A stretch of DNA of 35,640 nt from Candidatus Sulfobium sp. (lineage in GTDB: Bacteria > Nitrospirota > Thermodesulfovibrionia > Thermodesulfovibrionales > UBA6898). The position numbers were made by a program, and so were the translations under genes. Of the stretch, positions 1-10,624 are shown in pieces. Position 1 is the stretch's first letter. The number at the start of each line of letters is the position of its first letter. Below the pieces are notes generated by a model that was not told where the DNA came from, did no database searches, and saw only the letters and a list, made by a program, of their open reading frames with translations. The stretch covers positions 38,826-74,465 of the forward strand of contig JARRRI010000010.1 in assembly GCA_037380845.1 (NCBI GenBank). Reading direction: 5' to 3'.

Positions 1-2
1 AG

Positions 3-1307
3 GTCAAGGGCTCGGAACATCCCGTAGTGACAAACCTGTTCGGCTCTTTTCAAAGGATGTCTCTCGCCCTGGAGGTAAATGACCTCGATGAAGTGGCGCG
101 CAGAATAGAGGACCTTCTGAATCAGGCCCCGCCCAAAAACCTGATGGAGAAGCTTTCCCTCCTCCCCAGACTTCTCGAATTTTCGAAGTTTTTCCCCCGG
201 CGGGTAAAGAACGCGCCATGCCAGGAAGTAGTGGAACAGACAGACCCTGACCTGGGTAAATTACCTGTTATCAAATGCTGGCCCCACGACGGACAACCCG
301 GAGACGAGGGCCGTTTCATTACCCTGCCCATGGTGTTCACTAAAGACCCGGAGACAGGCCGTCCGAACTGCGGGATGTACCGTATTCACGTGTACGATAA
401 AAAGACTACCGGGATGCACTGGCACATACACAAGGACGGCGCCCGCCACTACGAAAAATATGCGAAGCGTGCTGAACGCATGCCCGCTGCAATCGCTGTA
501 GGAAGCGACCCGGCCGTCATGTATGCATCCAGTGCTCCTCTTCCGGAGGCCGTTGATGAGATGGTGTTTGCCGGTTTCCTGAGAAGGTCGCCTGTGGAGA
601 TGGTGAAGTGTGTGACCTCGGAAATAGAAGTGCCGGCCAACAGCGAACTTGTGATCGAGGGCTATCTGGATCCCGGCGAGACGAGGACCGAGGGCCCCTT
701 CGGCGATCATACGGGGTTTTATTCTCCTGCAGAGCCCTACCCGGTCTTCCACGTCACATGCATAACCCGCCGGAAAGACATGATATACCCCGCGACCCTC
801 GTCGGCAAACCTCCAATGGAAGACTGTTACATGGGAAAAGCTACTGAGAGGATTTTCCTGCCGCTTATACGCATGGATTTCCCGGAGATCAGGGACATCA
901 ACCTTCCCATGGAAGGGGTCTTTCACAACTTCGCGATCATCTCGATCAAAAAGAGCTATCCCGGCCATGCGAAGAAGATTATCCACGGCCTGTGGGGCAA
1001 GGGACAGATGATGTTCGCGAAACTGCTCATCGTCGTGGACGACGACGTGGACGTCCAGGACCTCTCTTATACGGCATGGCGGGTGCTGAACAACGTGGAC
1101 TGGAAAAGAGACACAGTATTTGCGGACGGCCCGCTGGATGCACTTGATCATGCCGCCAACTGGCCCCGCTATGGATCGAAGATGGGTATAGACGCGACCC
1201 GCAAGTCGCGGGAAGAGGGGATGGAAAGAGACTGGCCGGAAGAGCTCTTCATGTCGGAGGAGATCAGGAAACTGGTCGATTCACGATGGAAGGAATATGG
1301 CTTTTAG
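3..1307 (+). CDS. UbiD-family prenyl-FMN-dependent decarboxylase (menaquinone futalosine-pathway MqnL-like), 5'-truncated by the window edge
   Basis: Frame is open from base 3 (VKGSEHPVVTNLFGS). UbiD motifs NCGMYR, EGPFGDHTGFY, GKPPMED, IVVDDDVD, SKMGIDAT. Confidence 0.9.
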   Translation, partial: VKGSEHPVVTNLFGSFQRMSLALEVNDLDEVARRIEDLLNQAPPKNLMEKLSLLPRLLEFSKFFPRRVKNAPCQEVVEQTDPDLGKLPVIKCWPHDGQPGDEGRFITLPMVFTKDPETGRPNCGMYRIHVYDKKTTGMHWHIHKDGARHYEKYAKRAERMPAAIAVGSDPAVMYASSAPLPEAVDEMVFAGFLRRSPVEMVKCVTSEIEVPANSELVIEGYLDPGETRTEGPFGDHTGFYSPAEPYPVFHVTCITRRKDMIYPATLVGKPPMEDCYMGKATERIFLPLIRMDFPEIRDINLPMEGVFHNFAIISIKKSYPGHAKKIIHGLWGKGQMMFAKLLIVVDDDVDVQDLSYTAWRVLNNVDWKRDTVFADGPLDALDHAANWPRYGSKMGIDATRKSREEGMERDWPEELFMSEEIRKLVDSRWKEYGF

Positions 1308-1704
1308 GACGGCCGATCGTGCGCGCCTGAAAAATTTCTTCATCCGGTGGCTTATCAACACCATAGCAATTATGGTGGCGGTCGAACTCGTCCCCGGGAT
1401 CGTTTACAGCGGGGGCTGGTGGGGCATACTGATCGTGGGAGCCATATTCGGACTGGTTAATGCTTACATAAAGCCGTTCATACAGCTTTTTACGCTGCCC
1501 TTCCTGGTCCTGACCCTCGGCCTCTTTACGTTCATCATAAACGCCATGATGCTGGGCATCACGTCCTGGCTCTCCAGTCTGTTCAGTCTCGGGTTCTCTG
1601 TAGCGGGGTTCAAACCGGCTTTTCTGGGGGCGCTCATAGTGAGCTTTATAAGCATGTTCCTGACATGCCTGACGCCGCCCGAGAAAAAGGGATTTTATCT
1701 GTAA
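1297..1704 (+). CDS. 4-TM membrane protein, YvlD/DUF360 (phage holin superfamily IV-like)
   Basis: Four hydrophobic segments and the motif GLVNAYIKP..TLP..LTLGLF.FIINA. Overlaps the ubiD-family stop. Confidence 0.85.
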   Translation: MAFRTADRARLKNFFIRWLINTIAIMVAVELVPGIVYSGGWWGILIVGAIFGLVNAYIKPFIQLFTLPFLVLTLGLFTFIINAMMLGITSWLSSLFSLGFSVAGFKPAFLGALIVSFISMFLTCLTPPEKKGFYL

Positions 1705-1714
1705 TGACCGTCAA

Positions 1715-2623
1715 TTACGGCGGGCATTTCGCGCAGACCGATGTGAAAAGGGCGGTGCTGAGGTACCTGTCACCCCTGTCCGGCAGTATTACCACTATTC
1801 TGCCTTTTTTCATCTGACCGGCTATCTTCAGCGCCCCGAAAAGGGCGGCACCGCTGCTCATCCCCGCGAATATACCTTCCTTCACGGCAAGCATCCTGGT
1901 CGTTTCAAAGGCGTCGTCGTCGTTTACGTTTATCTTTTCATCGAGTGCGGACTGGTCGTATATCCCCGGCACGATCGATTCCTTCATATTCTTGAGGCCC
2001 TGGACCCTGTGGCCCAAGATCGGTTCCACGCCTACAATCCTTATTTTCCTGTCGAACTCCTTGATCCTTCTTCCGGCCCCCATCAAGGTACCTGTCGTAC
2101 CCATACCGGCGACAAACACGTCCATATCACCGCCCGTCTGCTCGATTACTTCCCTGCCGGTCGTTTCGTAATGAGCTTTAATGTTGGCAGGGTTGTCGAA
2201 CTGGTTGGGCATGAAATACCCCTCCGGCGACTCCTCCATCATCCTGTGGGCGAGCTTTATGGCTCCGTCGGTTCCTTCCTTCCCGGGACTCAAAACAACC
2301 TCGGCCCCGAAAGCCTCCAGCACCTTCCTGCGTTCAAGGCTTACACATTCCGGCATGACGAGTCTCACCCTGTAACCCTTTGCGGCCCCGACCATGGCCA
2401 GTCCTATCCCCGTATTGCCGGATGTCGCTTCGAGGATGGCGTCGCCTCTCTTCAAGCGCCCTGACTCCTCCGCATCCTTTACCATATAGAACGCGATCCT
2501 GTCCTTGACCGAGCCGCCGGGGTTATTGCCTTCGAGCTTGGCAAAGACGGTGACCGCGGGATTCCGGTTCACGGCCTCCAGCTTGACCAAAGGTGTATTT
2601 CCGATGCAATCCAGAATTCCCAT
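1715..2623 (-). CDS. cysM: Cysteine synthase (CysM/CysK family, PLP-dependent)
   Basis: IGNTPLV, KLEGNNPGGSVKDR (PLP lysine), TSGNTG, GMGTTGT, PDRGDRYLS. Start set at ATG 2623 (MGILDC) behind a GGAG RBS. Confidence 0.88.
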   Translation of the reverse strand: MGILDCIGNTPLVKLEAVNRNPAVTVFAKLEGNNPGGSVKDRIAFYMVKDAEESGRLKRGDAILEATSGNTGIGLAMVGAAKGYRVRLVMPECVSLERRKVLEAFGAEVVLSPGKEGTDGAIKLAHRMMEESPEGYFMPNQFDNPANIKAHYETTGREVIEQTGGDMDVFVAGMGTTGTLMGAGRRIKEFDRKIRIVGVEPILGHRVQGLKNMKESIVPGIYDQSALDEKINVNDDDAFETTRMLAVKEGIFAGMSSGAALFGALKIAGQMKKGRIVVILPDRGDRYLSTALFTSVCAKCPP

Positions 2624-2766
2624 TTGCGTTCTCCAGAAAGAATTAGGTGTGATGAAATATAACAGATTTGGAGCGTTATTTAAAAGAGATACCGACAACG
2701 TGCCTGCCGTTGAACTTCCCATCAGTTGGTGATAGTCTTATATAAAAAGATTCGAAGGAGGCTGCA

Positions 2767-2964
2767 ATGTTCCATGAAGACGACGATAACAGGGCCACCG
2801 TGCTCATCTCTTTTCTGATAGGCGGCATCGTCGGTGCCGGTATGGCACTCCTTTTCGCTCCACAGTCGGGAAAAAGGACCAGGGGTAAAATAGTCGACCT
2901 GGCCGAAGACGCCAGAGACTACGCATCCGATTATACAAGGAAGCTCAAGAAGCAGATTTCCTGA
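2767..2964 (+). CDS. YtxH domain-containing small membrane protein
   Basis: FLIGGIVGAGMALLFAPQSGKRTR signature. AAGGAGG RBS. Confidence 0.85.
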   Translation: MFHEDDDNRATVLISFLIGGIVGAGMALLFAPQSGKRTRGKIVDLAEDARDYASDYTRKLKKQIS

Positions 2965-3000
2965 TCGCCGACGATGTGCCCCGGGGGGACCGGAGGCGCA

Positions 3001-3510
3001 TCATTTGCGCTTGAGCCGGATCTTTATATACGCTTTCTTCCTGAGGTCTGCGAGGGTCTTTCTGAGCCGCTCATTAAGTTTCTTTTCGGTGAGGTAATTC
3101 TCGATCTCACCCCTCACTTGTTCGTATTCCTTCCCTTTGAACCGGTCCCGGTTCTTTTCATAAAACGCCTCTGTTTCCTGCTCGCCGACAGTAATGAAAG
3201 CCCTCACCTTGAGATCGATATATTGTTTAACCATGTCATCTTCAGTCGGGGCGACTATCCGATATTTCCTCGCCTCATCCAGGAGGAGTATCCTGTTGAT
3301 CATCGTATTGACAACGTCCTTTTCAGTAGCACCAGGGACTACTTTCAGTGTATCGCGGTATTGGACCTGAAATTCACTCAGGGTTATGGCCTGATTGTTA
3401 ACGAAGGCCACTACCCTGTCGAATATTTCGGCCTGCGATGACCGGCCCGCCAGAACAAAAAAGATGCAGAAAAAAAGCAGGGTTTTTATCAATGCTGTCC
3501 TGTTCCTCAT
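3001..3510 (-). CDS. SurA N-terminal-domain-like periplasmic chaperone
   Basis: Signal peptide, then EIFDRVVAFVNNQAITLSE; C-terminal LRKKAYIKI. No PPIase domain visible. Start 3510 or 3531. Confidence 0.75.
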   Translation of the reverse strand: MRNRTALIKTLLFFCIFFVLAGRSSQAEIFDRVVAFVNNQAITLSEFQVQYRDTLKVVPGATEKDVVNTMINRILLLDEARKYRIVAPTEDDMVKQYIDLKVRAFITVGEQETEAFYEKNRDRFKGKEYEQVRGEIENYLTEKKLNERLRKTLADLRKKAYIKIRLKRK

Positions 3511-3586
3511 TTCCCTTTGTTTTTCTTCCATTTCTCGGCGGTCTCAAGAGCCTGAACCAGGGATCGTAACACAGCATTTCTCATAT

Positions 3587-6289
3587 TCAGAAAGCATGCC
3601 CGATACTGAAATGCAGTTCGCCGTCGCTTTCCCCCGGTTCTTTATTCAGTTTGAAACCGTAGTCTATCCTGATCGGACCAACAGGAGTGGCGTACCGCAG
3701 CCCCAGGCCGGCCGTATATTTAAGATCGGTGGGGTCGATGTCCCCGGCCTTCACCCACACATTCCCCATGTCAAAAAAAGGCACCAAGCCGACGTTCCTG
3801 CCGACATCGGTTCTGAACTCGACATTCCCCACCATAAAGGCGTTGCCCCCCGTCGGGTTTCCGTCGGCACCTTTGGGTCCCAGGGTGTCCTGGGCATAAC
3901 CCCTTACAGTTGACCCTCCCCCGAGAAAAAACCTTTCAACGATCGGCAGCTGACTGGTCTTTCCGTAACTGTAGGCCACCCCTCCCCTGAAGGCCAGGGC
4001 CAGCGTCACCCTGCTGCCCAGTTTGTGGAAGTTGCTCCCGTAAACCTCGAGTTTCGTAAAATTGGTTTCGGAAAAGAAGAGCAGGGAGGCCGTCTTGACC
4101 GAAATCCCGGCGAGAAAGCCCTTTCGGGGATTAAAAGGGTTGTCCCTGGTGTCATATATCAGTGCCGGCTTGATGCTGCCGATCGCCAGGGTACCTGTGT
4201 CCTCCCTTGACAACACGACGTCAGGCTTCACATCCGAAGTTCTCACGAGAGAGAACTCATAATAGAGGTTGCCCTTCAGGTTCTCGCCCAGTTTTTTCTC
4301 CACCCCGGCGGTAAGCGTATAACGCCTCAATTTGTAAAGTGTCTCTTTGTTGTCCAGATTAAACTCTCTCTTGTTTTGATACAGGAAAAACACCCTGAGA
4401 GGAAGCGGTCTTTCCAGAAACCATGGTTCGTTGTACTGAAGGATAAACCTTTTTTCGAGTGAACTGATCTCGGTCCTCAATAATATCTGCCTGTCCATCC
4501 CCCAGAGGTTCTTGTATCCTATTTGCAGGTAACCCCTGAATTTCTCGTATTCCGCATATCCGGCACCGAATTCCACCGATCCGGCGTTTCCTTCCGTCAC
4601 CCTTATCAATACATCCTTCCGGTCTCCGGGGGCGACCACAGTCTCTACCTGGACATCGGAGAAGAGGCCCAGCCTGTAAAGTTTCTGTCTTTCTTCGGCC
4701 AGGAGACGCTGATCAAACGGCTGGCCCTCCTTATATACAAGTCCTCTCCTGAACACTTCGTACCGTGTCTTCCTGTTGCCGAGGATAATCGTCTTTCCAA
4801 AAAAAGACTCTGTTCCCCGGGCGATCTGAAAAGTGACCGATGCCTTATAGTCAAGAATACTCCTTTTAACGTCCACGTTGACATTTGCATAACCCCGGCC
4901 GCCGTAGTATTGAATAATCCTGGACCTTGCATCGGATATATCGACCTCATTATAAGGGTCCCCGGCCTTGATGCCGGCAATCCCGAGGAGCTTCTCCCCC
5001 AAGCCGGGACTGACCCCCGCAACATCTACGGACGCTATCTCCGTCCTCTTCCCTTCCGTAACGTCGATGATTATCCGGGCGGTCCCTTTCGCCTTGTCAA
5101 TATCGACATCTATGTCACCGACCTTCGCTTCAAGATAACCAAGCGCGCCATAAAACTCCCTGAGGGAATCTCTTTCCCTGTCGAGCGCGTCCGGATCATA
5201 GGCATCTCCGGCTTTCACGGGTGATACGTCCTGAAGCCTTTCCTGCGGCAGGCTGACATGACGGAAGGCCACCGATTCCACCTCGATTTTTTCTCCTTCG
5301 AAAATGAAAAAGGATATCTTTATACGCCGTTCGTCGGAAGTGATGACCGGCGCTATCCTGGCAAAAGGATACCCCTTCTTATGGTAAAGAGAAACCATCC
5401 GGTCAACGGCCTCTCCGATCACCTCATCCCCCGCGTCCCCGAGTTCGAAAAAAGGCAGCTGTTCTTCAAGAGAGCCGGTGGAAACGGCGCTGTTCCCCCT
5501 GAAACTCGTTTCCAGAAGCTTTCCCGGCTTAACGTCAATCCTTAATGTACCCTGCTCGTAGGAATATGGTCCCGCCACCGGCCTGTAGTACCCTCTTTTC
5601 TTCAAAAAGGACTTTATCCTGCCGAGTTCATTATCGACTCTGGCCCGCCTGAAAATATCGCCGGCAGACAGGCCCATGGCGTCCTCAATTTCACCGGCCA
5701 GTTTCCTGTCAGCGGGGGGCGGGGTCATCCTGATGGATATCTTCCCGATTATAAGCGGCTTTCCAGTGTTCACCGTCAGCCTTAAGTCTACCCGGTAAGG
5801 TACGCCCGTCTTTACGGCCTCCGATTTCACTGTCGCCTCAGGAAAGCCGTAAGTCCCCAGAGCCCTGGTCAATTCCTTTGTTGCGGACTGAAGCAGGTCG
5901 TACCTCATAACGTGACCCCCTTTTAGAGGAAAGAGGTCTCTTATAACCTTTTTCGACAGTTGATAGTCGCCCACGACATCTATATTCCGAATGAATTCTC
6001 TCTCCCTGACCCTCACTTCGACCGTGGGGGTCTCGCCGTCGGGAACCCTTACAGTAATATCTTCAAATTTCCCTTTGAGGAAGGCGGTCTTTATGGCGTT
6101 GCTGACTATCTCCCTGCTGACCTCACTCCCCCTCCTGATTCCGAACATGTCGAGGAATTCCTCGCGGCCCATGGAATAAAGCCCCTTTATCTCCACCCCG
6201 CCCGCGGTAACCGCCCCGCACGGGGACGGGTACGCAGCAAAAAATAAGACACAGACCAGAACCAGAACAGTATACGTATGTCTCAACAC
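3587..6289 (-). CDS. Omp85-family outer membrane assembly factor (BamA/TamA-like) with multiple POTRA domains
   Basis: Repeated POTRA-like segments (xYxxxGY), YDTRDNPFNPRKG, RFFLGGGSTVRGY, TPVGPIRIDYG, C-terminal SIGHAF. Confidence 0.9.
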   Translation of the reverse strand: MLRHTYTVLVLVCVLFFAAYPSPCGAVTAGGVEIKGLYSMGREEFLDMFGIRRGSEVSREIVSNAIKTAFLKGKFEDITVRVPDGETPTVEVRVREREFIRNIDVVGDYQLSKKVIRDLFPLKGGHVMRYDLLQSATKELTRALGTYGFPEATVKSEAVKTGVPYRVDLRLTVNTGKPLIIGKISIRMTPPPADRKLAGEIEDAMGLSAGDIFRRARVDNELGRIKSFLKKRGYYRPVAGPYSYEQGTLRIDVKPGKLLETSFRGNSAVSTGSLEEQLPFFELGDAGDEVIGEAVDRMVSLYHKKGYPFARIAPVITSDERRIKISFFIFEGEKIEVESVAFRHVSLPQERLQDVSPVKAGDAYDPDALDRERDSLREFYGALGYLEAKVGDIDVDIDKAKGTARIIIDVTEGKRTEIASVDVAGVSPGLGEKLLGIAGIKAGDPYNEVDISDARSRIIQYYGGRGYANVNVDVKRSILDYKASVTFQIARGTESFFGKTIILGNRKTRYEVFRRGLVYKEGQPFDQRLLAEERQKLYRLGLFSDVQVETVVAPGDRKDVLIRVTEGNAGSVEFGAGYAEYEKFRGYLQIGYKNLWGMDRQILLRTEISSLEKRFILQYNEPWFLERPLPLRVFFLYQNKREFNLDNKETLYKLRRYTLTAGVEKKLGENLKGNLYYEFSLVRTSDVKPDVVLSREDTGTLAIGSIKPALIYDTRDNPFNPRKGFLAGISVKTASLLFFSETNFTKLEVYGSNFHKLGSRVTLALAFRGGVAYSYGKTSQLPIVERFFLGGGSTVRGYAQDTLGPKGADGNPTGGNAFMVGNVEFRTDVGRNVGLVPFFDMGNVWVKAGDIDPTDLKYTAGLGLRYATPVGPIRIDYGFKLNKEPGESDGELHFSIGHAF

Positions 6290-6438
6290 GATACCTTTCG
6301 ACAGACCTCGGCTTTACCGGAGTTTCGAACAATGCGGCAACTATCCGCAAAAGTCCCGCCTTACATTATACAGAATACGTGCTCTGGCCATAAACCGGAC
6401 AGTTCTTACTTTCCGGTTGCTTACCAAAAAATTCAGAA

Positions 6439-6607
6439 AGCGCGGAAGAGGCGGCGAAAAAACGTCTTGTAGCGACACCCTTTCAGCCCTATATAGTGGT
6501 TGCCAGCCTTTTTCTGAGAGTCAGCGGATCGTTGAGTCCTCATTTATGTGGAAGATAAATAGAATCATGTCGTCATTACAAGACTTTTTCGGTGTCCCTT
6601 CCGCGCT
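6439..6607. repeat. ~170-bp intergenic element with ~40-bp imperfect terminal inverted repeats, copy A
   Basis: AGCGCGGAAGAGGCGGCGAAAAAACGTCTTGTA...TACAAGACTTTTTCGGTGTCCCTTCCGCGCT. Aligns end to end with 22533..22704. Confidence 0.85.
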
Positions 6608-6712
6608 GTTTTCAAAGTTGGAGTCTACGCCCTTGTTGCGCAGAGGAACGCGACCTCAGGAGATATATTCGGGTTATCCCCGGCAGCACCAGAAGGGATT
6701 TCAGGATGAATA

Positions 6713-9700
6713 CTATTTGAATTCAAACCTGAAGCGTACATCGCCGCCCACGATCCCTCTCTCATCCCTCACCCCCACCAGAGACATCTTTCTGCTGACG
6801 AAATACTCAAGCTTCATTATCTGCTCCTCGGAGGACCCGACCGGAGACGCATAGGTAACGAACACCTTGTCCCCCAGCAGCCGCTTTGAGACAGTCACCC
6901 TCGGTTCGACGGTCCCCGTGTTCTTCGAAACGTAAGGGTCTATCTGGAACCTGTCGAGGCCTGTTATGGTCTTCATCCTCTCCTCCAGCACGTCCTGCAG
7001 TTTTCCGGTCACGAAGGAAGTTGCTTCACTGGCGCCGATCCCGCCTTCCAGCCCTTTCAGTTCACCCCCCGTCTGACCGACAGCCAGCAGCGCGACTATA
7101 TCCATATCCTTCAGAGAAGGGTCCTCCGAGGAAAGCGACACATTGAACCGGTCCAGCTGTCCTTCCAGGTTCATTTTGATCTTGTATCCCTTGACATCCG
7201 TCTCCGCGGCTATGGACAGAAACGGGTTCAGCCTTTCCGTGCCGGAAAAATCGGCGCTGGCATGCGTGATCCTGAACTCGTTGTTCCGGAAGTATACCGT
7301 ACCCTCACTGCTTTCGATCCTCCCCAGCAGGACCGGGCGGTATATCGTGCCCCTGAGGACGACATCGGCACTCACGTCGGCACGCGCGACGTTATTGTCG
7401 ACACGTATACTGTTCCTGCCGGTTATCCTTATGTTGAGTTCCGTCTTCTCCATGTCTGAAATTTCGGCCTTGTATCTCTCGGGCCCCTTTGTCTTCAGGA
7501 GCCAGCTTTTCCACTCCACCCTCCCCTTGTACCGCGCGCGGTTGACCCTGATGTCGCCGGAGACCATTCGCGAGGCAGGCGTACCGTTCAAAAGCAGCGT
7601 CCCTCCCACATTCACACTGAAGTCGTTCGAAAAGGACATGGCGATGTTGTCCAGCCCGGCTTCCACGTAAAACCGCCTGGCGGCAAATCTCTTCAGGTAA
7701 ACAACGCCTGAGAGGTTTACGTCCCCGCCCCCGATCTTTCCGGAGAGTTTCTGCAATACTATCCTGTCGTTGTCCATATAAACATATCCGTTCAGAGAGC
7801 TGAAACGGTAAGGATAGTCCTTCAGGGCAAACGACCCATCCTCTATATTGACACCCCCGTTGATCTGAGGCGCTTCCCAGTCACCCGTAATTGAAAGGAC
7901 AAAATCCGCATCACCTTTCAGCAGTCCTATCCTGCCCGAAAGACTCCTGAATGGAGCGAGGTCCGAATTTCCCTCGAAGACGACGTTATACTTTTTCCCC
8001 AGAACAACGTTTCCGGCTATGGACAGGGAGGTGTTTCCGCTCCTGAGCGAAATGTCCTTCATCTCGAGGTTGCGGTCATCCAACCGGAGCGATATCTCCT
8101 TTTCCCCGGTAAAACTCCGTCCGTACATGGAAAGAGATATCTGTCTGACAACGGCAGACGCGGAGACGTGAGATCTGTCGCCGTGAAGTGAAGCGGCGCC
8201 GCTGAGATTCAGAACGAAATCCTCCGGAACGTCCTTCAGAAAAGCCCCCACCAGCGAATCGTACCTTCCGGGCAGGATCTCCACTGAGGCGTCCCACGGC
8301 AATTCCTTTTCCAGTCCTGCCCTGACGGTGATGTGTACCTTCCTGTCCAGCACCACGGCCCGCAACGAAACCTTTCCGTCGCTTATCCTGGCGGAGACGG
8401 TCCCCCCTCCAACAGGCTTGTCCTCCAGAGATCCCCCGACTACACCGGCCTCCAGAGAAATGAAGGGGCGGCCGATCGTGCCATGTCCTTTACTCTTAAG
8501 GCTGAAAACCACGTCCCCATTCATCTTTTTTCCGATAAAATCGCTAAGCACCACCTTGTCGGAAGAAGCTTTGTAAGCAAAATTCCCGAGGTTGTCTATC
8601 CTGCCGTCCATTGTAAGGACCGAACTTCCCCGTCTGATCCTCATATTTTCAAAACGGAGTTGCCGGTCCCTATACTCCCAGTCAAACAGGACCGAATCAG
8701 TGCTTATGCCGTAAATCCGGGCGTGCTCGACAGAGCCGTCCCCCGAGATAAGGGGCTTTTTTGCCTTACCCCTTATCCTGACATCTGCACTCAGCCCGCC
8801 CGTTCCTCTGAAGCCGGGATAAAAAATCTTCGCGAACTGCCCGAGGTCCGCGTTCTTCACGACGGCTTTTAAACTGTATTCGGGCATGGAAAGATCGAAG
8901 AGCTCTTTAGCGCCGCTGAAGGAGATGCTGCCCTCCAGGCCCAGTGAACCGCCGTCTGTCCTTACGCTCAGAGCACCGATCTTCAGCAGATCCTTTGCAT
9001 AAGTGAAGTCGGCGTCGAGGGCATGCGCCGCATATCCCCTCATAACGGGTTTTTGTATCCTTACATGTCCCTTTATGACCGGATCTTCGAATTTGCCGGT
9101 TATCCTTCCGGAAAACTTCCCGCTTCCCGTAAGCAGCCGGTAATATGGGATGGTGACATCGGTTATGTCCGAGGTCACAAGCCTTCCATCAAAACTCAGC
9201 GTCCGGTTCTTTATGTCGGCCAGCCCCCGAGCAGAAATAACAGAATGGCCTGTGCCAAGTTTAAGGTCCTCAAGTGAAAGCACCTTGTCCTGCATCGCAT
9301 ACCTTCCGGTGATGCTGTTTATCCTTTCCAGCATGTTCTGCCCGTCGCCGGCACCGGTGTATTTGAAATGGCCCTGGGGGTTGAACTTCGCCCCCTCTGT
9401 AACCAGAGTGCCGGTGACTTTGCCCTGCTGTATTCCGGGGTCCCATCCGATCAGCTTGAATACCGGTTTGCTGTCCAGCCCGGAAAAACCGGCCGCGATC
9501 GTATAATAATTCACGACCGGAAGGTGTATGGAAGCTGACACCCTTGCCGTGCCGCCGTAGATCCCGCCCAGTCCGTCCGTGAATTTCATTACACCGTCCG
9601 CATACCGCACTTTGCTGGTCAGGGAATCTACCGCCACGTTGAAAACGTTCCCCTTTTTCAGGGTCATGGTGCCCGCCGCCCTGATATTTCTGAGAGGTCC

Positions 9701-10624
9701 CTCGATCCTCCCTTTTATGTCGACGAGTCCCTCGATCTTTTCCTTTACCTTCAGAAGTTCCATAAGAGTCTGGATATAAAAGTTTCCGTCGAGCTTCAGG
9801 TCCACGGAAATGTCCCCGTCCCCGAGAGCGACAGTCCCGGCGGCCGTTATCCCGCCGTCGCCCCGCCTGTCAAGTCTGAAGATCTTCTTTAGAGAAGAGA
9901 ACATGAGGTTTATGTTCGTCTCCAGCCTCCCCTTTCGCCCGCCGTACTCTCCCGAGCTTCTGACCGTAGAACCCAGGGAGTTGACCTCCAACCTTCTGAT
10001 CCGGACCCTGTCTCCGTTTAAAGTTAAAAGGACGTCTGCACTGCCGCCTATCTCGGGCCACCCGCCCTTCCTGACGACAGCGTTCCCGACGGAAGCCCTG
10101 ACGCGCCGGGTTTTTCCGAGGATGATCTCTCCGTTGAACCCCTTGGCCTCAGCCGAAATGTCACTCTCCCGATCACGGAAATCCGCAGTGCCGTTCTGTA
10201 TTTCCACAGACAAAACATCGACCCTGAGAGTCCCCTTCTTTTTTGAAACAGCATAGTTGCGTATATTCCCGGCTATCTCTCTGACCTCAGCGTCGTCCGT
10301 AACAACCTCAGGGTCCTTTATCACAAGCCTTCGGATATCCGCCCGCCGGGCGATGAATCCCGAAAGGTCGATATAGGCCTTCGCCCCCCTGATCGAGAGT
10401 ATCCTCTTTCCGTCACGGCCGGACATCGTCAGACCGTCCGCCTCGACAAAGAGGGGAAAAAGGTTTACGTAAATCCTGCGGGCCGTCACTTTCGTTCCCG
10501 TGGCCGCTTCGATCTCGGGGAGCATTATCCCTTTCATAAGACTGGAGACATGCCCTCCCCGGAGAAAGACCGCCGCAATAACCGCCAGGAGAGCGAGAGA
10601 AACAAGAAGGACCCGTTTTTTCAT
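6713..10624 (-). CDS. tamB: TamB/AsmA-like translocation and assembly module protein
   Basis: ~1300 aa: N-terminal anchor, long Gly-rich beta-taco repeats, DUF490-like C-terminus (LRGTIYRPVLLGRI...NPFLSIAAET...RFRFEFK). ATG at 10624 overlaps the glnD stop (ATGA). Confidence 0.85.
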   Translation of the reverse strand: MKKRVLLVSLALLAVIAAVFLRGGHVSSLMKGIMLPEIEAATGTKVTARRIYVNLFPLFVEADGLTMSGRDGKRILSIRGAKAYIDLSGFIARRADIRRLVIKDPEVVTDDAEVREIAGNIRNYAVSKKKGTLRVDVLSVEIQNGTADFRDRESDISAEAKGFNGEIILGKTRRVRASVGNAVVRKGGWPEIGGSADVLLTLNGDRVRIRRLEVNSLGSTVRSSGEYGGRKGRLETNINLMFSSLKKIFRLDRRGDGGITAAGTVALGDGDISVDLKLDGNFYIQTLMELLKVKEKIEGLVDIKGRIEGPLRNIRAAGTMTLKKGNVFNVAVDSLTSKVRYADGVMKFTDGLGGIYGGTARVSASIHLPVVNYYTIAAGFSGLDSKPVFKLIGWDPGIQQGKVTGTLVTEGAKFNPQGHFKYTGAGDGQNMLERINSITGRYAMQDKVLSLEDLKLGTGHSVISARGLADIKNRTLSFDGRLVTSDITDVTIPYYRLLTGSGKFSGRITGKFEDPVIKGHVRIQKPVMRGYAAHALDADFTYAKDLLKIGALSVRTDGGSLGLEGSISFSGAKELFDLSMPEYSLKAVVKNADLGQFAKIFYPGFRGTGGLSADVRIRGKAKKPLISGDGSVEHARIYGISTDSVLFDWEYRDRQLRFENMRIRRGSSVLTMDGRIDNLGNFAYKASSDKVVLSDFIGKKMNGDVVFSLKSKGHGTIGRPFISLEAGVVGGSLEDKPVGGGTVSARISDGKVSLRAVVLDRKVHITVRAGLEKELPWDASVEILPGRYDSLVGAFLKDVPEDFVLNLSGAASLHGDRSHVSASAVVRQISLSMYGRSFTGEKEISLRLDDRNLEMKDISLRSGNTSLSIAGNVVLGKKYNVVFEGNSDLAPFRSLSGRIGLLKGDADFVLSITGDWEAPQINGGVNIEDGSFALKDYPYRFSSLNGYVYMDNDRIVLQKLSGKIGGGDVNLSGVVYLKRFAARRFYVEAGLDNIAMSFSNDFSVNVGGTLLLNGTPASRMVSGDIRVNRARYKGRVEWKSWLLKTKGPERYKAEISDMEKTELNIRITGRNSIRVDNNVARADVSADVVLRGTIYRPVLLGRIESSEGTVYFRNNEFRITHASADFSGTERLNPFLSIAAETDVKGYKIKMNLEGQLDRFNVSLSSEDPSLKDMDIVALLAVGQTGGELKGLEGGIGASEATSFVTGKLQDVLEERMKTITGLDRFQIDPYVSKNTGTVEPRVTVSKRLLGDKVFVTYASPVGSSEEQIMKLEYFVSRKMSLVGVRDERGIVGGDVRFRFEFK

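Noticed and set aside
1297..1704. Prophage inferred from the holin-family gene
   Set aside because: The YvlD/DUF360 family is commonly chromosomal, and no phage genes are nearby.
6486..6501. NrdR-box-like GCCCTATATAGTGGTT
   Set aside because: Single site, no nucleotide reductase gene nearby, and not conserved in the second copy of the element.
6439..6607. 6S RNA
   Set aside because: Size and closing stem fit, but I could not see the central bubble plus long apical stem, and a second dispersed copy exists. Not called without an Rfam search.
6417..6854. 145-aa + strand ORF across the repeat element
   Set aside because: No RBS or motifs, it overlaps the tamB 3' end antisense, and no equivalent full-length ORF spans copy B.
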